A DNA stretch of 64,000 nucleotides from Mobula hypostoma (taxonomy: Eukaryota): positions 372,001 through 436,000 of the forward strand of contig NW_026948140.1 of the NCBI RefSeq assembly GCF_963921235.1, given 5' to 3'. The translations under genes and the position numbers were made by a program. Shown piece after piece: positions 60,641-64,000 of the stretch. The number at the start of each line of letters is the position of its first letter. Position 1 is the first letter of the stretch. The notes beneath the pieces were generated by a model. It did not search any database and had not been told where the DNA came from. It saw only the letters and a list, made by a program, of their open reading frames with translations.

Positions 60641-63278
60641 CATAGAAACATAGAAAACATAGAAAATAGGTGCAGGAGTAGGCCATTCAGCCCTTCGAGC
60701 CTGCACCGCCATTTATTATGATCATGGCTGATCATCCAACTCAGAACCCCGCCCCAGCCTTCCCTCCATACCCCCTGACCCCCATAGCCACAAGGGCCAT
60801 ATCTAACTCCCTCTTAAATATAGCCAATGAACTGGCCTCAACAGTTTCCTGTGGCAGAGAATTCCAGATTCACCACTCTCTGTGTGAAGAAGTTTTTCCT
60901 AATCTCGGTCCTAAAAGGCTTCTCCTCTATCCTCAAACTGTGGCCCCTCGTTCTGGACTTCCCTAACATCGGGAAAAATCTTCCTGCATCTAGCCTGTCC
61001 AAGCCCTTTAGGATCTTATACGTTTCAATCAGATCCCCCCTCAATCTTCTAAATTCCAACGAGTACAAGCCCAGTTCATCCAGTCTTTCTTCATATGAAA
61101 GTCCTGCCATCCCAGGAATCAATCTGGTGAACCTTCTTTGTACTCCCTCTATGGCAAGGATGTCTTTCCTCAGATTAGGGGACGAAAACTGCACACAATA
61201 CTCCAGGTGTGGTCTCACCAAGGCCTTGTACAACTGCAGTAGTACCTCCCTGCTCCTGTACTCGAATCCTCTCGCTATAAATGCCAGCATACCATTCGCC
61301 TTTTTCACCGCCTGCTGTACCTGCATGCCCACTTTCAATGACTGGTGTATAATGATACCCAGGTCTCGTTGCACCTCCCCTTTTCCTAATCAGCCACCAT
61401 TCAGATAATAATCTGTTTTCCTATTTTTGCCACCAAAGTGGATAACTTCACATTTATCCACATTAAATTGCATCTGCCATGAATTTGCCCACTCACCCAA
61501 CCTATCCAAGTCACCCTGCATCTCTTAGCATCCTCCTCACACCTAACACTGCCACCCAGCTTCGTGTCATCCGCAAACTTGGAGATGCTGCATTAATTCC
61601 CTCATCCAAGTCATTAATATATATTGTAAACAACTGGGGTCCCAGCACTGAGCCTTGCGGTACCCCACTAGTCACCACCTGCCATTCTGAAAAGGTCCCG
61701 TTTATTCCCACTCTTTGCTTCCTGTCTGCTAACCAATTCTCCACCCACACCAATACCTTACCCCCAATACCGTGTGCTTTAAGTTTGCACACTAATCTCC
61801 TGTGTGGGACCTTGTCAAAAGCCTTTTGAAAATCCAAATATACCACATCCACTGGTTCTCCCCTATCCACTCGACTAGTTACATCCTCAAAAAATTCTAT
61901 GAGATTCGTCAGACATGATTTTCCTTTCACAAATCCATACTGACTTTGTCCGATCATTTCACCGCTTTCCAAATGTGCTGTTATCACATCCTTGATAACT
62001 GACTCCAGCAGTTTCCCCACCACCGACGTTAGGCTAACCGGTCTATAATTCCCCAGTTTCTCTCTCCCTCCTTTTTTAAAAAGTGGGGTTACATTAGCCA
62101 CCCTCCAATCCTCAGGAACTAGTCCAGAATCTAACGAGTTTTGAAAAATTATCACTAATGCATCCACTATTTCTTGGGCTACTTCCTTAGGCACTCTAGG
62201 ATGCAGACCATCTGGCCCTGGGGATTTATCTGCTTCAATCCCTTCAATTTACCTAACACCACTTCCCTACTAACATGTATTTCACTCAGTTCCTCCATCT
62301 CACTGGACCCTCTGTCCCTTACTATTTCTGGAAGATTATTTATGTCCTCCTTAGTGAAGACAGAACCAAAGTAATTATTCAATTGGTCTGCCATGTCCTT
62401 GCTCCCCATAATCAATTCACCTGTTTCTGTCTGCAGGGGACCTACATTTGTCTTTACCAGTCTTTTCCTTTTTACATATCTATAAAAGCTTTTACAGTCC
62501 GTTTTTTATGTTCCCTGCCAGTTTTCTCTCATAATCTTTTTTCCCCTTCCTAATTAAGCCCTTTGTCCTCCTCTGCTGAACTCTGAATTTCTCCCAGTCC
62601 TCAGGTGAGCCACTTTCTCTGGCTAATTTGTATGCTTCTTCTTTGGAATTGATACTATCCCTAATTTCTCTTGTCAGCCACGGGTGCACTACCTTCCTTG
62701 ATTTATTCTTTTGCCAAACTGGGATGAACAATTGTTGTAGTTCATCCATGCAACCTTAAATGCTTGCCATTGCATATCCACCGTCAATCCTTTAAGTGTC
62801 ATTTGCCAGTCTATCTTAGCTAGTTCACGTCTCATACCTTCAAAGTTACCCCTCTTTAAGTTCAGAACCTTTGTTTCTGAATTAACTATGTCACTCTCCA
62901 TCTTAATGAAGAATTCCACCATATTATGGTCACTCTTACCCAAGGGGCCTCTCACGACAAGATTGCTAATTAACCCTTCCTCATTGCTCAAAACCCAGTC
63001 CAGAATAGCCTGCTCTCTGGTTGGTTCCTCGACATGTTGGTTCAAAAAACCATCCCGCATACATTCCAAGAAATCCTCTTTCTCAGCACCTTTACCAATT
63101 TGGTTCACCCAGTCTACATGTAGATTGAAGTCCCCCATTATAACTGCTGTTCCTTTATTGCACACATTTCTAATTTCCTGTTTAATACCATCTCCGACCT
63201 CACTACTACTGTTAGGTGGCCTGTACACAACTCCCACCAGCGTCTTCTGCCCCTTAGTGTTACGCAGCTCTACCCATT
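60641..63278 (-). mobile_element. Young CR1 subfamily copy, longest in window (APE mid-part to tail)
   Basis: ORFs 62689..63237 (APE), 61511..62194 and 60838..61374 (RT), several 1-bp frameshifts; CATAGAAA tail. Confidence 0.96.
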
Positions 63279-63319
63279 TCGTGGCCCTTTCTATCCGTCC
63301 TAATTCCTCTTTGTCAGAA

Positions 63320-63693
63320 TATTGAATTCAGGAGTTAATAATAAGGGAGTTATGTTACAGCTGTACAAAGTCATTTTCAGATACCACCCACAGTTCTGGT
63401 CACTCTGCAATAGGAAGGGTGTGATTAAACCGGAGAGAAGATGTTACTGGGCTAAGCTGGTTAGGCTAGAACATTTGTCCCTGGAGCAAAGGTTGAGTAG
63501 TGACTTTAGAGAGAGGGCCATAAATAAGATGAATGAGCAGGGTCTGCTCCCTAGGGTCAAGGATTCCAGAGCTAGAGAGCATGCTTGTAATTAAAGGGAA
63601 AAGATTTTACAAGGACCTGAGAGGCAACATTTTCATACAGAGGTTGGTGGGTGTATGGAACAAGCTGCCAGAGGAAGTGATAGAGACAACAAT
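63320..63693 (+). mobile_element. Old CR1 C-terminal fragment
   Basis: MLQLYK…QFWS…DLRGNIFIQRLVGVWNKLPEEV. Confidence 0.75.
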
Positions 63694-64000
63694 ATCATCA
63701 TCATCATCATCATGGCTTGGCATCGTGAACGAAGATTTAGGAAGGGGGCTGCCCACGTCTGCTGCAGGCTCGCTGGTGGCTGATGAGGCCAGTACAGGAC
63801 AGGCAGGTCCAGCCACAGCAGCTGCAAGGGAAATTCTGTTCTGGGTTTGGTGCTGCTGTGTCACGGTTCTTCCTCCTTCTCCTTTTGTCCTCAATGCCAG
63901 CCCTGCATGCATTCTCTATGGGGGAGACAAACTGGTGGATGGCGTGTCGCCAGGCCTCGCGATCGGAGGCTAGATTAGACCACTGGTGACAGGCACCAAG
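63694..64000 (-). mobile_element. RTE-clade LINE 3' end (second family), runs off the right edge
   Basis: Manual translation LASDREAWRH…FPCSCCGWTCLSCTGLISHQRAC…, stop at 63737-63739, (TGA)n tail. Confidence 0.88.

Noticed and set aside
63607..63973. ORFs with poly-Asp, poly-Ser or poly-Met runs
   Set aside because: They are translations of the (TGA)n tail of the RTE element

Overview
Eukaryotic (vertebrate) genomic DNA made almost entirely of nested transposable-element relics. I could not support any host-gene exon, rRNA, tRNA gene or CRISPR array. The repeat mix (dominant CR1 LINEs with esterase ORF1, an HE1-like V-SINE, Rex1/Babar, fish-type L1, Penelope-like elements, a Tf1/sushi chromovirus, IR/DR Tc1) suggests a cartilaginous fish such as a ray or shark; this is inference. 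About 25 CR1 fragments from several subfamilies form nests up to four levels deep, and many junctions can be resolved by target-site duplications (TSDs). Other elements: a Tc1 DD34E transposon (13369-14782), a near-complete Rex1/Babar LINE (19111-23710), a 5'-truncated L1 (30686-35243), an internally deleted sushi-type Gypsy element with both LTRs, TSD and an apparent self-priming PBS (36785-40727), a second Gypsy family (57131-58025, 16205-16629), solo or partial LTRs, two RTE 3' ends, and Penelope pseudo-LTRs carrying minimal hammerhead ribozyme motifs, two of them in palindromic arrangements. A 41-bp minisatellite appears to derive from a Penelope pseudo-LTR, and a ~640-bp non-coding retroposon could not be classified. 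I found no convincing new protein-coding system. The best candidates for something new are RNA-level structures: the hammerhead hairpin, the self-priming site, the unclassified retroposon and the pLTR-derived satellite. All coordinates were read by eye, and boundaries of old fragments are approximate.
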